Shown: in pieces, positions 37,532 to 47,400 of the stretch
Numbering within the stretch: position 1 is the stretch's first letter
Layout: every line of letters begins with the position of its first letter
NCBI GenBank assembly: GCA_963714085.1
Contig: OY970229.1
Coordinates: forward strand, 376,392 to 440,391
DNA length: 64,000 nt
Direction: 5' to 3'
From: an uncultured Candidatus Micrarchaeota archaeon
GTDB lineage: Archaea > Micrarchaeota > Micrarchaeia > Anstonellales > Bilamarchaeaceae
Notes under the pieces: generated by a model
Seen by the model: the letters and a program-made list of their open reading frames with translations, nothing else
Databases searched by the model: none
Told to the model about the DNA's origin: nothing
Position numbers and translations under genes: made by a program

Positions 37532-40500
37532 GCCACGGAGCCGTTATAATCGTTAGAGATCGGGCCGAACGAGGTGATGTCGTTGGAGCCTGCCGGGCCG
37601 TCCGATATGCCCGTGACCTTCTCATTGCTTCCGTCGCTCGAGTAGATGTGGACCTCGACGCTCGGCGAGCCTCCGCTGTATCCTTGCGGGTGCGCGGAAT
37701 CGTTGATATTGATGTCCTTGGAGTCGAACGACACGATGTCATGGCCAAGCGTGAGGTTTTCAGCGACGTTGCCTTGAGAACCGGAATTCGAGGAGAATGC
37801 CCAGTTGGCGTTGCCCGATGCATTGCAGCCGCTGAAGACATTGTTTTGGGAGGAGCCCAGATAGAAACCGTATATGGATTCCGTGGCGGTATCGTTTGTC
37901 ATGTTGCTGGAGGTGACATCATCGAACTCATAAGCGTACTGGTTGTTGCCGGATGCGGAGCTGCCAATGATGCTGTTCGAGTCTGAAAACCACATGAGGA
38001 ATCCGGGGTTGCTGTTGTTATCTGCGGAGTCGTTCAGGTACGTGCCGTTGTTGCTCTGTCCTATATCGAAGCCGAAGTAGTTGTAAGACGAGGATGTGTT
38101 GTTGATGGTGGCGTTATCGTTATAGTATATCAGGAAACCGTCATTGTAAAGCGTGTCGGAGCCGTTGACTACGCTGTTGGTGACATTGGAGCCTGTTGCA
38201 CCGCAAAGCTCGATCTCAGCGGCGTCCAGGCTGTCCCAAGAGACCGGGTCGCTGAAGTAGTAGATGGGACGGTATGCCGAGCCGGTCGTGTTGGTGATGT
38301 TGTTCTGGCATCCATCCGGGCTGGCATACGGGTAAAAAGGATCGACATAGAGGTCCAGATAGCCGTTCTCCATGGCGCTGTTATTGGACAGGACGTTCTG
38401 GTTCGACGCATATAACACGATGCCGAAGTAACGGTTGTTGTTGGCGCTATCGTTGTCCATGGTGGTCTGGTTCGACGCATAGAGCTCAATACCCAAATAA
38501 CTGCTGTTGTCGGCGCTATCGTTGTACAAGGTGTTGTTGTTGCTCATGTCTAAGAAGATGCCTTCGCTGGAGTCGTTGTCGGCGCTATTGTCGTATATGT
38601 TATTGTTGTTGCTGTCTAGCAGGTCAATGCCGAAGAAACTATTGTCGACGTTATTGCTGTATATAGCGTTATTGTCCGTGGCGTCAGTGTTCGATCCATC
38701 AACGAGGTAGATACCCGAGCCGTAGTTGTTGTTGGCGCTGTTGTTGTAGATGTTATTCCAGCTCGATTGTTCGATGTTGAACCCATCCCCCCAACTGCTG
38801 TTGTCGGCGATATTGTTATACAGGTTATTGTTGTTCGAATACCAGAGGGAGATGCCGCTCCAATTGCTCTCGGCGATATTGTTAAACAGGATATTGTTGT
38901 TCGATGAGCCGAAGATGATGCCGTCCTCGCTGTTGTTGTTTGCGCTGCTGTTGGACAGGGTATTGTTGTTCGATGATTGGAGATAGATGCCCCATTGGCC
39001 GTTGTTGTTTGCGCTGCTGTTGGACAGTGTATTGTTGTTCGATGATTGGAGATAGATGCCCCATTGGCCGTTGTTGTTTGCGCTGCTGTTGGACAGTGTA
39101 TTGTTGTTCGATGATTGGAGATAGATGCCCCATTGGCCGTTGTTGTTTGCGCTGCTGTTGGACAGTGTATTGTTGTTCGAATAAAGTATGTAGAAGCCAT
39201 CGTTACCGTTGTTGTCGGCGCTGATGTTGGATACGGTGTTGTTGTCCGAGGAACTGATCGCGATGCCATAGTTGTAGTTGTTGTCGGCGCTGTTGTTGAA
39301 TATGGAGTTGTTGGTTGAATTAGAGGTAACTAGAATGCCGATGCTACCTTCGTTGTCGGCGCTATTGTTGTACACGGTATTGTTGTCCGCTGAAACGAGG
39401 CTGATGCCTAAAGCTGCGTTGTTGTCGGCGATGTTGTTGGATAGCGTATTGCCGCTCGGTGGTGGATAATACGCGGGTGCTTCATACATGCCGATGCCGC
39501 AGTAGCCGTTGCCCTCGGCGTCATTGTTGAACAGGGTATTGTTGGTAGAAGACGCGACCGCGATGCCGTAATAGCGGTTGTTGTCGGCGCTATTGTTATA
39601 CACGGTGACATTGTTCGACATACAATTAACGTAGATGCCGCTATTGGGGCCGTTGCCGGCGACGTTGTTGGACACGTTAATATCGTATCCCGATATCTCG
39701 ATGCCGTAGTAGTCGTTGCTTAACCTATTGTTATATATGCTGGTGTTGGAGCTCGCAATGTTGAAGAGGCTGGTGCCGTATGCCCCATCGCCGAAGTAGA
39801 TGCCGTGGCCGTATGTCATACAGCTGTAGGGGAACGTATAAGGACTGGTGCTGTTTTCGATGATATTGTCATATATGACGTCATTATTGCCCGCCATAGT
39901 GATGCCCCCTGCATTGTTGTTGTTGAAGGTATTGTTATACACGGTGGTGTTGTCGGACGCCCCAAATAAGCCCACAGACGTGTTGCTGACGCTATTGAAA
40001 GACAGGTTGTTGTTGTTGCAGGTCTGCTCACCAAGGTCGATGCCGGCCCCGAATGCGTTAGTGATACTATTGTTATACAAGGCGTTGTTGCTGGAAGCGG
40101 TAAGCGTGATGGCGCCGCTGTTCACGTTGTAGATATTATTGTCATAGAATACGGACTGGTTCACCGAATTGAGGCTGATGCCGCCATAGCTTGCGTTGTA
40201 GACGCTATTGTTATAAACGGCTATCTGAGTCGCTGCGTAGACGGCGAAACCCAGCACGCCCACGTCGAAACCGTCGGGGGTGAAATAAATCGGGCCGTTG
40301 TAGGCGGTATTGTTGTATGCGGTGTTCTGGGACCCGCTCAGCGCGAACGCCAGCTCGAGGGAGTGGGCGGTATTGTTGTACATGGTGTTGTTATTGCTCG
40401 ATGGATCGACCCGGATGCCAGCTCCAGCGTCGTAGTAGAAGACATTGTTATACATGGTGTTCTGGCTCGAATTGACGAGCCAGATGCCATTGCAAACCGC

Positions 40501-42549
40501 GGCGTACGCGCCGTAATCGTCGGCGTAGTCTCTAAAGGCGAGATTGCCGTACAAGGTATTGTTGTTGGATGAATCGAGCACGATGCCGGATTGAGTGTTG
40601 TAGGAAGCGGTATCGTTGCACAGGACATTGTTGTTCGAATTCTCGACCATGATGCCGTGGCCGTTGCTGAGGCTGGGGTCGTTGGTTTCGTTATTGTTGC
40701 ACAGGGTATTGTTGTTCGATGACTGAACCCAGATGCCATACAGGTAGCTGAGTCCGATGGTGTTGTTCAGGATAGAGGAATTGGTCGAGTTGTATTCGAT
40801 TATGGGGTTGGTATAATTGGAGATGATGCAGTTCTTCACCGTGACGTTATCGGTCATTGCAAAGATGATGCCGGTCGCGGGCCAAGCGGTACCAATGATG
40901 CTATGCCCCGCGCAGTCGAATGTGACATTGGACGAGGTGATCCTGACGCAGGTCTGGAAGGCATATCCTACGGGCGTGTAGGTCGGCTGGCCGGTGAAGT
41001 TCATCCCCATCACGTAGGTGCCGGGCTTGGATATGGTCGGGCAGTTGGTGTATAGGGTGCTATACACCTGGCTCGCATTGAAAATGCCGAAGATGCTATA
41101 CGCAGTGGATGGAGGGGGTAGAGTGGATATGTTCGCGAACACGTACTTGTCGGAAGTGTCGACTCCGTATGGGGACGCGAAGTCCGCGGGGTTCGTTATC
41201 CATACGGGGTTGAGTATCGACAGGTTGTATTCCAGCATGAAGAGCGTGTTCTCGTTCAGGGAGACGACGTCTGCAGGCGTGTAGCTGAGGTTGAGGAAGA
41301 TGAATGAGTCAAACGAGTTGGAAGCGACTTCCACGAACCTGTTTATGTCGCTCAGGCCGGGCGGGTCCGATTGCGGGGGGTGGGGGGAGTCCTGGATGCT
41401 GACGTCCTTTGAGGTGAATGATACGGTGTTATTGCCCACCGTGAGGTTCTCGACGACGACGCCCATGGCGCTGAATTGCGAATCGAAAGCCCAGGCGCCG
41501 TTGTTGACAACGCTATTGTTGGAGATGGTACTGTTGCTCGATGTGCCGATGCCGATGCCCGCATAGCCGTTGTTGTTGGCGATATTGTTGTATAAAGCAG
41601 TGTTGTTCGATGTATCGAAGACGATGCCGTAGTTGGAATTGTTGCTGGCGGTATTGTTGGACAGGGTATTGTTATACATGTTGGCGCTGTGCGATGAGAA
41701 AGCGATGCCATCGTAGTTGTTGCCGGCACTGTTGTTGGATACGACGTTGTTAGACGAATTAAAGAAGATGCCATAAAAAGTATTGTTATTGGCGATATTG
41801 TTTGACAGAGTGGCGTTGTTCGATGAGTCCAGGTAGATGCCGGTATTGTTGTCGTTATTGGCGACATTGTCCAGGATATTGGAATTGTTTGAACTGTAGT
41901 AATAGATGCCATAATTATAGTTGAAGACGTTGCAGTTCTGCACAGTGACGTTAGTGACCGGGCCTGCGACAAGGATGCCGAATGTCTGGCCGGCGCTGTT
42001 GTTAGTGATGCTATGGCCCGCGCAGTCGAACACCACGTTGGACGAGTTTATCCTTACACAGGAAGCGCCGGTGAGCGGTGATGCGCTGTTCGGCGCGCCG
42101 GTATAGTTTATCGTCGTCATCGTGTAGGTGCCGGGCAGGGTTATGTTCGGGCAATTGAGAGTAGGATCATTGTCCATTACGCCATAGCCCGCCCCGGACA
42201 CCGCGTATCCGCTGCTCTGGACGGACTGGCCTGTTGTGCCGTTTCCGGACAGCGTACCGTTATCGCTTATGGATTGGTTATCAGGGGTTCCGTTCTGGAC
42301 TGACTGGTCCTGGGTCCCGTTGTCCGTGGGTATGATACCCGGAGGCGTTTGGAGCGCGGTTCCGTTTTGGATGTTCAAAGAACCGTTTTCGGCGAGCGTG
42401 CCGTTATCGCCCATGGACTCCGCGGTCGCATTGAACGCGCCCCCGTTCTGGTCGGACTGCGCATGGCTCACGGTCATGTATGCCAGCAGCGATACGACCA
42501 GGACCAGCAATGTCGCCGCGAACAGTGTACTTCCCCTAGGGCGCCGCAT
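35836..42549 (-). CDS. Giant surface protein, paralog 2 (2237 aa)
   Basis: Signal peptide MRRPRGSTLFAATLLVLVVSLLAYMTVSHAQS, then an N/Q/T-rich spacer, beta-helix coils, a NIDO-like module, a Pro-rich linker, and the same Cys-rich plus beta-sandwich plus TM (..LPLIIAMILAYLAYRKWRNGKNKKK..) C-terminus. Confidence 0.9.
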   Translation of the reverse strand: MRRPRGSTLFAATLLVLVVSLLAYMTVSHAQSDQNGGAFNATAESMGDNGTLAENGSLNIQNGTALQTPPGIIPTDNGTQDQSVQNGTPDNQSISDNGTLSGNGTTGQSVQSSGYAVSGAGYGVMDNDPTLNCPNITLPGTYTMTTINYTGAPNSASPLTGASCVRINSSNVVFDCAGHSITNNSAGQTFGILVAGPVTNVTVQNCNVFNYNYGIYYYSSNNSNILDNVANNDNNTGIYLDSSNNATLSNNIANNNTFYGIFFNSSNNVVSNNSAGNNYDGIAFSSHSANMYNNTLSNNTASNNSNYGIVFDTSNNTALYNNIANNNGYAGIGIGTSSNSTISNNSVVNNGAWAFDSQFSAMGVVVENLTVGNNTVSFTSKDVSIQDSPHPPQSDPPGLSDINRFVEVASNSFDSFIFLNLSYTPADVVSLNENTLFMLEYNLSILNPVWITNPADFASPYGVDTSDKYVFANISTLPPPSTAYSIFGIFNASQVYSTLYTNCPTISKPGTYVMGMNFTGQPTYTPVGYAFQTCVRITSSNVTFDCAGHSIIGTAWPATGIIFAMTDNVTVKNCIISNYTNPIIEYNSTNSSILNNTIGLSYLYGIWVQSSNNNTLCNNNETNDPSLSNGHGIMVENSNNNVLCNDTASYNTQSGIVLDSSNNNTLYGNLAFRDYADDYGAYAAVCNGIWLVNSSQNTMYNNVFYYDAGAGIRVDPSSNNNTMYNNTAHSLELAFALSGSQNTAYNNTAYNGPIYFTPDGFDVGVLGFAVYAATQIAVYNNSVYNASYGGISLNSVNQSVFYDNNIYNVNSGAITLTASSNNALYNNSITNAFGAGIDLGEQTCNNNNLSFNSVSNTSVGLFGASDNTTVYNNTFNNNNAGGITMAGNNDVIYDNIIENSTSPYTFPYSCMTYGHGIYFGDGAYGTSLFNIASSNTSIYNNRLSNDYYGIEISGYDINVSNNVAGNGPNSGIYVNCMSNNVTVYNNSADNNRYYGIAVASSTNNTLFNNDAEGNGYCGIGMYEAPAYYPPPSGNTLSNNIADNNAALGISLVSADNNTVYNNSADNEGSIGILVTSNSTNNSIFNNSADNNYNYGIAISSSDNNTVSNISADNNGNDGFYILYSNNNTLSNSSANNNGQWGIYLQSSNNNTLSNSSANNNGQWGIYLQSSNNNTLSNSSANNNGQWGIYLQSSNNNTLSNSSANNNSEDGIIFGSSNNNILFNNIAESNWSGISLWYSNNNNLYNNIADNSSWGDGFNIEQSSWNNIYNNSANNNYGSGIYLVDGSNTDATDNNAIYSNNVDNSFFGIDLLDSNNNNIYDNSADNDSSEGIFLDMSNNNTLYNDSADNSSYLGIELYASNQTTMDNDSANNNRYFGIVLYASNQNVLSNNSAMENGYLDLYVDPFYPYASPDGCQNNITNTTGSAYRPIYYFSDPVSWDSLDAAEIELCGATGSNVTNSVVNGSDTLYNDGFLIYYNDNATINNTSSSYNYFGFDIGQSNNGTYLNDSADNNSNPGFLMWFSDSNSIIGSSASGNNQYAYEFDDVTSSNMTNDTATESIYGFYLGSSQNNVFSGCNASGNANWAFSSNSGSQGNVAENLTLGHDIVSFDSKDININDSAHPQGYSGGSPSVEVHIYSSDGSNEKVTGISDGPAGSNDITSFGPISNDYNGSVAYTQTPAGGAVAATIPTDITPVSDISSPQTMSGDDALSDDILLPFNVTLFGRQNDHIVISTNGFIYLSNETVASSDPSCCGQATMSSQGITQGSDYLVAGLWTDLVSDGVVSNITYGVAGTAPNRVYIISYDHNAEYDGSDTFGNNTFEIKLFENGTNSSATSAPDPTGLSDINRFVQSTANSPDSYLFLNFSYLLSDVASLNESTLFIGKYDSSGWDVIPSDFSSSSGLDTYSTYVFANITGFGSVFGILGGAAPSSPSTPAPIPPSPYVPSNEVPLSLSLTRAPCPANQVTVTAYSGPGTKIRLLLTSPYEGLVDQQTTGNDGTATFQLSASGTYEADGSQNGYLPGSATFTFTTCAIAPPPVPPPVPSSGCTSDDQCPLVDFCNLSIGACQPVTGVCGFAANHAWSSYQCCQDADCAPSNICIVHTCEPVDLTGDKEGLVGGQGKVHATVGGQAFVNATLQIILPDGASFQTTTDANGDALLPFSFHGNYTVNLLLAGSSVKTHIIAVALPPPAAQVPTPALVQQPTNYCWVLPLIIAMILAYLAYRKWRNGKNKKKQPLKP
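38932..39180 (-). repeat. In-frame 69-bp tandem repeat, ~3.6 copies (one beta-helix coil per unit)
   Basis: Units lie at 38932-39000, 39001-39069 and 39070-39138, with a partial unit to ~39180. Units 2 and 3 are identical and unit 1 differs at one base. Each encodes NNNTLSNSSANNNGQWGIYLQSS. Confidence 0.95.
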
Positions 42550-42569
42550 ACTTAATTTACGCGGCTAGA

Positions 42570-42580
42570 ATTTAAAAAGA
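42570..42580 (-). promoter_or_regulatory. TATA box of giant paralog 2
   Basis: The minus strand reads attCTTTTTAAATt, then 20 nt, then ATG(42549). The whole 5' flank (ctagccgcgtaaatt) is shared with paralog 3. Confidence 0.5.
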
Positions 42581-42598
42581 ATCTTGTTTGAGGGCGCT

Positions 42599-42680
42599 TC
42601 GCTTTTTCTCGTCTTCCCATGGCTTCTTGACGAGCTGGTCCGGCTCCTCGCGCTTGAACCCGTCCTCTTCGTCCCGGGCT
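42599..42680 (-). pseudogene. Remnant of the 3' end of the coiled-coil gene (copy of ~48176-48260)
   Basis: It translates as RDEEDGFKREEPDQLVKKPWEDEKK, versus the authentic C-terminus RDEEDEFKRKREELRQLVKKLWEDEKK*. The stop codon is mutated (tca to tcg on the plus strand) and there is a 6-nt deletion. It lies between paralog 3's stop and paralog 2's promoter. Confidence 0.6.
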
Positions 42681-42702
42681 CCTGTTTTCCCGGCTGGGGA
42701 CG

Positions 42703-44400
42703 CTATGCCTTTTGCGCCGGCTTCCTCTTGTTCTTGCCGTTGCGCCATTTCCGGTATGCCAGGTATGCCAGGATCATGGCGATGATCAGCGGGAGCACCC
42801 AGCAGTAGTTCGGCGGCTGCTCGACCAAGGCCGGCGCCGGGGGCTGGGCGGCCGGCGGAGGCAGCGCGACCGCGATTATGTGGCTCTTCACAGAAGAGCC
42901 CGCCAGGAGGAGGTTGACCGTGTAATTGCCGTGGAACGCGAACGGAAGGACGGCATCGCCGTTCGCATCCGTGGTGGTCTGGAACGAGGGCCCGCCAGGC
43001 AGGATTATCTCGAGCGTGGCGTTCACGAACGCCTGCCCGCCCACCGTGGCATGGACCTTGCCCTGCCCTCCCACCAGGCCTTCTTTGTCGCCTGTCAGGT
43101 CGACGGGCTCGCATGCGTGCGCTATGCACACGTTGGCAGTCGGGCAGTCGGAATCCTGGCAGCAGCGGTATGAGGACCAGGCGTGGTTGGCTGCGAAGCC
43201 GCACACCCCGGTTACGGGTTGGCAGGCTCCTATGCTCAGGTTGCAGAAATCGACCAGCGGGCACTGGTCGTCCGAGGTGCAGCCCGAGCTCGTAACTGGC
43301 GGGGGCACGGGCGGGGGCGCTATCGCGCAGGTGGTGAACGTGAATGTTTCGCTTCCCGGCAGATAGCCGTTCTGCGATGCGTCTGCCTCGTAGGTCCCGC
43401 TCGCCGAGAGCTGGAATGTCGCCGTCCCGTCGCTTCCGGCGATCTGTTGGTCTACGAGCCCCTCGTACGGGCTGGTGAGCAGGAGCCGTATCTTGGTGCC
43501 CGGTCCGCTGTATGCGGTCACGGTGACCTGGTTGGCCGGGCACGGCGCCCGGGTCAAGGAAAGCGACAATGGAATCTCGACGGGCGGGGGTGACGAGGGG
43601 GTGTAGACCGGTGGCGGAGCCTGGGGCGTAGTCGGAGTCCCGCCGAGGATGCCGAATGTGCTCCCGAAATCGATTATGTTCGCGAACACGTATCCGTCGC
43701 TCGTGTCCACCCCGTACGGTGAGGAGAAGTCCGACGAGTTCACGTCCCATCCGGCGGCGTCGTATCTCGCCATGAAGAGCGTGCTCGCGTTCAAAGATGC
43801 GACGTCTGCCGGCGTATAGCTCAGGTTTAGGAAGAGGAAGGAGTCCGGGGAGTTGGAGGTCGATTGCACGAACCTGTTGATGTCGTACAGGCCGGACGGG
43901 TCCGGCGCATTGGTGGCGATAGAGGTCTCGCTGCCGTTCTCGAAGAGCTTTATCTCGAATGTGTCGTTCCCGGACGTGTCGACGCCGTCGTATTCCGCAT
44001 TGTGGTCGTAGGAGATGACGTACACGCGGTTCGGCGCCGTGCCCGCCACGCCGTAGGTGATGTTGCTGACCACGCCGTCTGAGACAAGATCGCCCCATAC
44101 CCCGGCGACCAGGAAGTCCGAACCCTGGGTTATGGTCTGCGAGTCCATGCGGGCCTGGCCGCAGCATGAAGAATCGGATGAAGCGATGATGTCGTTGCTC
44201 AAGTAGACGAAGCCGTTGGTGCTTATCGCGATGTGGTCGTTCTGCCTCCCGAAAAGCGTGACGTTGAACGGGAGCGTTATGTCGCTGCTGAGAGCGTCGT
44301 CGCCGTACATCGTCTGCGGGGACGATATGTCCGATACCGGCGTGATGTCCGTGGGGACGCTGGCGACTGTCGCGCCCGCGTCTGGTGTCGGTGTGTATGC
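42703..44400 (-). repeat. 3' cassette, copy B (near-identical to 35836-37531)
   Basis: See copy A. The shared off-frame ORFs in the track (36059-36499 vs 42926-43366, and 37000-37215 vs 43864-44082) reflect the same nucleotide identity. Confidence 0.9.
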
Positions 44401-47400
44401 TATGGAGCCGTTGTACGCGTTGGAGGTCGGGCCGAAGGAGGTTATGTCACGGGAGCCTGAGGGGCCGTCTGATATACCTGTGACTTTGTCATTGATCGCT
44501 TCGGTCGAGAGTATGTCCACCTCGACGCTAGGCGAACCGCCGATGTATCCTTGCGGCGGCCCGGACTGCTGGACGTTCACGTCCTCCGAATCGAATGAGA
44601 CCATGTCATTGCCGAGCGTGAGGTTGTCCACGATGTTGCCCGTGGAACCCGAGTACGAGGAGAACGCCCAGACGGAGTTGTCGGACGCGTTGAAGCCGCT
44701 GAAGTTATTGCCCTCTGCAGAATAGAGATAGATGCCAATCGGGTTGCCGGATGCTGAGCTGCCGTTGATGCTGTTCGGGCCCGATGATTCCATGTCGAAG
44801 CCATGATACGCGTTGTCGTCTGCGGTGCAGTTGGAGAGGCTGGAGGCGGAGAGCGCGTCCGCATAGAAACCCTGGTAGCCATTTGCGATGGCTGAGTCGT
44901 TGGAGTACACGCCGTTGTCGTCGTATAGCATCCCGAAGCCGAGTGCGTTGTAGGACGAGGCCGTATTGTTGATGGCGGAATTGTCCGTGTAGTACTCCAG
45001 GAAACCGTCGTTGTAGAGCGTGTCCGAGCCGTTGACCACGCTGTTCGTGACATTGGAGCCGTCCGCGCCGCAGAGCTCGATCTCGGCCGCGTCCAGGCTG
45101 TCCCAGGAGACGGAGCCGTTGGAGTAGTATATCGGGCGGGATGCGGAGCCGACCGTATCCGCGATGTCGTTCTGGCAGTCGCTCGATGAGAGCGGGTACA
45201 CATAAAGGTCGAAGTAGTTGTTTTCCATGGCGCTGTTGTTGTACAATGCGTTCTGGCTCGACGAATAGAGCATGATGCCGTTCCAGGTGCTGTTGTCGGC
45301 GACGTTGCCGGACAGGTTGTTCTGGTCCGAGTATTGGAGGTAGATGCCGCCATAGTCGTAATCTGCGCTATTGCCGGAGATGGCGTTCTGGTCCGATGAG
45401 TAGAGGGAGATGCCGTAATTGCCGGAATAGTTGTCGGCGCTGTTGTTGGCCACGTTGTTCTGGTTCGAGGAATCGAGGATTATGCCGGAATATCCGTTGT
45501 CGGCGTCGTTGTCCACGATGCTGTTCTGGTTCGATGACTCGAGATCGACGCCGCCGCCGCTATTGTTCACGATGCTGTTGTTGGATACGCTGTTCTGGTT
45601 CGAGCTGGTAAGGTAGATGTCAGGGAAATAGTCCATGCTGGCGATGGTATTGTTATAAACGGAGTTCTGGTTCGATTGGTCGATATAGACGCCTTCCAGG
45701 ATGCCGTCGATGCTGTTGTCGTGCAGGGCATTGTGGTTGGACGAGTAATAGACGTAGATTGGGCTGTTCGTGTAGTAGAAGCTGCTGTTGTATAGAGCAT
45801 TGTTGCTCGATGAATAGAGATGGACGCCCGAAAAGCTGTAGTTGAAGCTGTCGTTGCATATGACATTGTTGTTCGATGAAGCGAGGGATACGCAGGTGCC
45901 GCTGCTGTTGTCGAAGCTGCTGTTCGCGAATGTGTTGCTGTTGCTCGATGAGACGAGGGCACCGTAAGTGCTGTTACCGAAGCTGATGTTCGAGAAGGTG
46001 TTGTTGTTGCTCGATGATACGAGGTAAGAGTCGTAAGTGCTGTTCTCGATGCTGATGTTTGTCATGGTATTGTTGCTCGATGAGGAGAGGTAAATGCCGT
46101 AGGTGTTGTCATCTAGGATGAGGTTCGAGAGCGTGTTGTTGGCGCTGTAGGCGGAGCCGGGGTACCAGTAAACGGAAGTGAAATAGACGCCGTAGGTGTT
46201 GTTGTCGATGACGCTGTCGGAGACATAATTGTTGTTCGAAGGGGCGAAGTAGATGCCGTACTGGTTGTTGCTGATGTTATTGCCGGAGAGGTTATTGTAG
46301 TTGCCGAAAAGCAGGTAGTAACCTGCAAAGATGCCATAGTGGTCGCCGCTGATGTTATTGCCATAGACGGATTCGCCTGTCTGGGCGTAGAGGTAGATAC
46401 CGCTGTTGGTGTCGTTATCGACGGTGTTTCGACAGACTGTGCCGCCGCTTGCTGAAACGATCGAGATGCCATAGGCGTTGTCGCTGGCATTGTTATCATG
46501 CACGTAAACGTTATTGCCGGCATAGGCAAATACGTAGATGCCGTAACTGTTGTTGGTGGCGCTATTGTTATAGACAGCGCTGTTTGGCGTAGAAATGTAT
46601 ATCCCGTAGGTGTTGTTGTAGGCGATGTTATTATCGATGGTCGCATTCTCGTAGCCGTACTCCCCAATCGAGAGTATGCCGCTTAGGCTGTTGCTCACGA
46701 CGTTGTTATAGATGCTGACGTTGTCCGAGTAATAAGAGTAGATGCTGTAATTGTTGGTGTTGCTCACACTATTATTATAGACGGCAACATTGGGCGCCGG
46801 TCCATTGTAGACGCCCACTTGGATGCCCATGTCGAAGGAGTTGTTGACATTGTTGCTGTAGATGCTGGCGTTAGTCCCGCTAACGAGGATGCCGTTGGGG
46901 GCGCAGCCATCGACAGTGTTGTTATAGATCTGAACGTAGAGTAGGCCGTCGGAATAAGACTCGCTAGAAGCGGTTATGCCGTTGTTGGTATTGTAAGGAC
47001 CCTGATTTCCGTCGTTAATGACGACATTGCTGTAGATGCTGCTCTTGTTTCCTATGAAATCGATTCCGTGGTCGCTCTGGTTAACTACGATATTGTCATA
47101 GATGCTGCTATTGGAGCCTTGAAGGACGATGCCGTCATAGGAGTTGTTATAGACGTTATTGCCATAGACGCTGTTTCCAGACCCGGGCCCGAAGAACATG
47201 CCTCCGTAGTTCCCGTATATGTTATTGTTGGCAATGGTGTTGTTATTGGTAGTCGTGCTGAACCCGCCTCCGTAAATGCCGTAGTAGGTGCCGCCAGTGA
47301 TGTTATTGCCCGTGATTGTGTTGTAGTTGTTGCCGTTGGCGCTGTTCGGAATATAAAAATCAATGCCGATGTCGCATTTGCTTAATATGTTGCCGGAGAT

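Noticed and set aside
38932-39180. Could the 69-bp tandem repeat be a CRISPR-like array?
   Set aside because: There are no unique spacers. The units are contiguous, in frame, and each encodes one beta-helix coil of the surrounding gene.
38616-39269. Numerous 60-260-aa ORFs in other frames or on the other strand inside the giant genes (also e.g. 41352-41972, 44577-45353, 46113-46667, 33292-33724, 307-1056)
   Set aside because: They are low-complexity T/S/A/R- or C/R-rich translations of the repeat DNA. The repeats simply lack stop codons in most frames. One long frame per gene gives coherent beta-helix coils, signal peptides and TM anchors.
42572-44167. 531-aa ORF in the track
   Set aside because: It is a chimera. 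It joins an off-frame read of paralog 3's 3' region (Arg/Gly/Pro-rich nonsense) to the decayed coiled-coil gene remnant. It is useful only because its C-terminus revealed the remnant.
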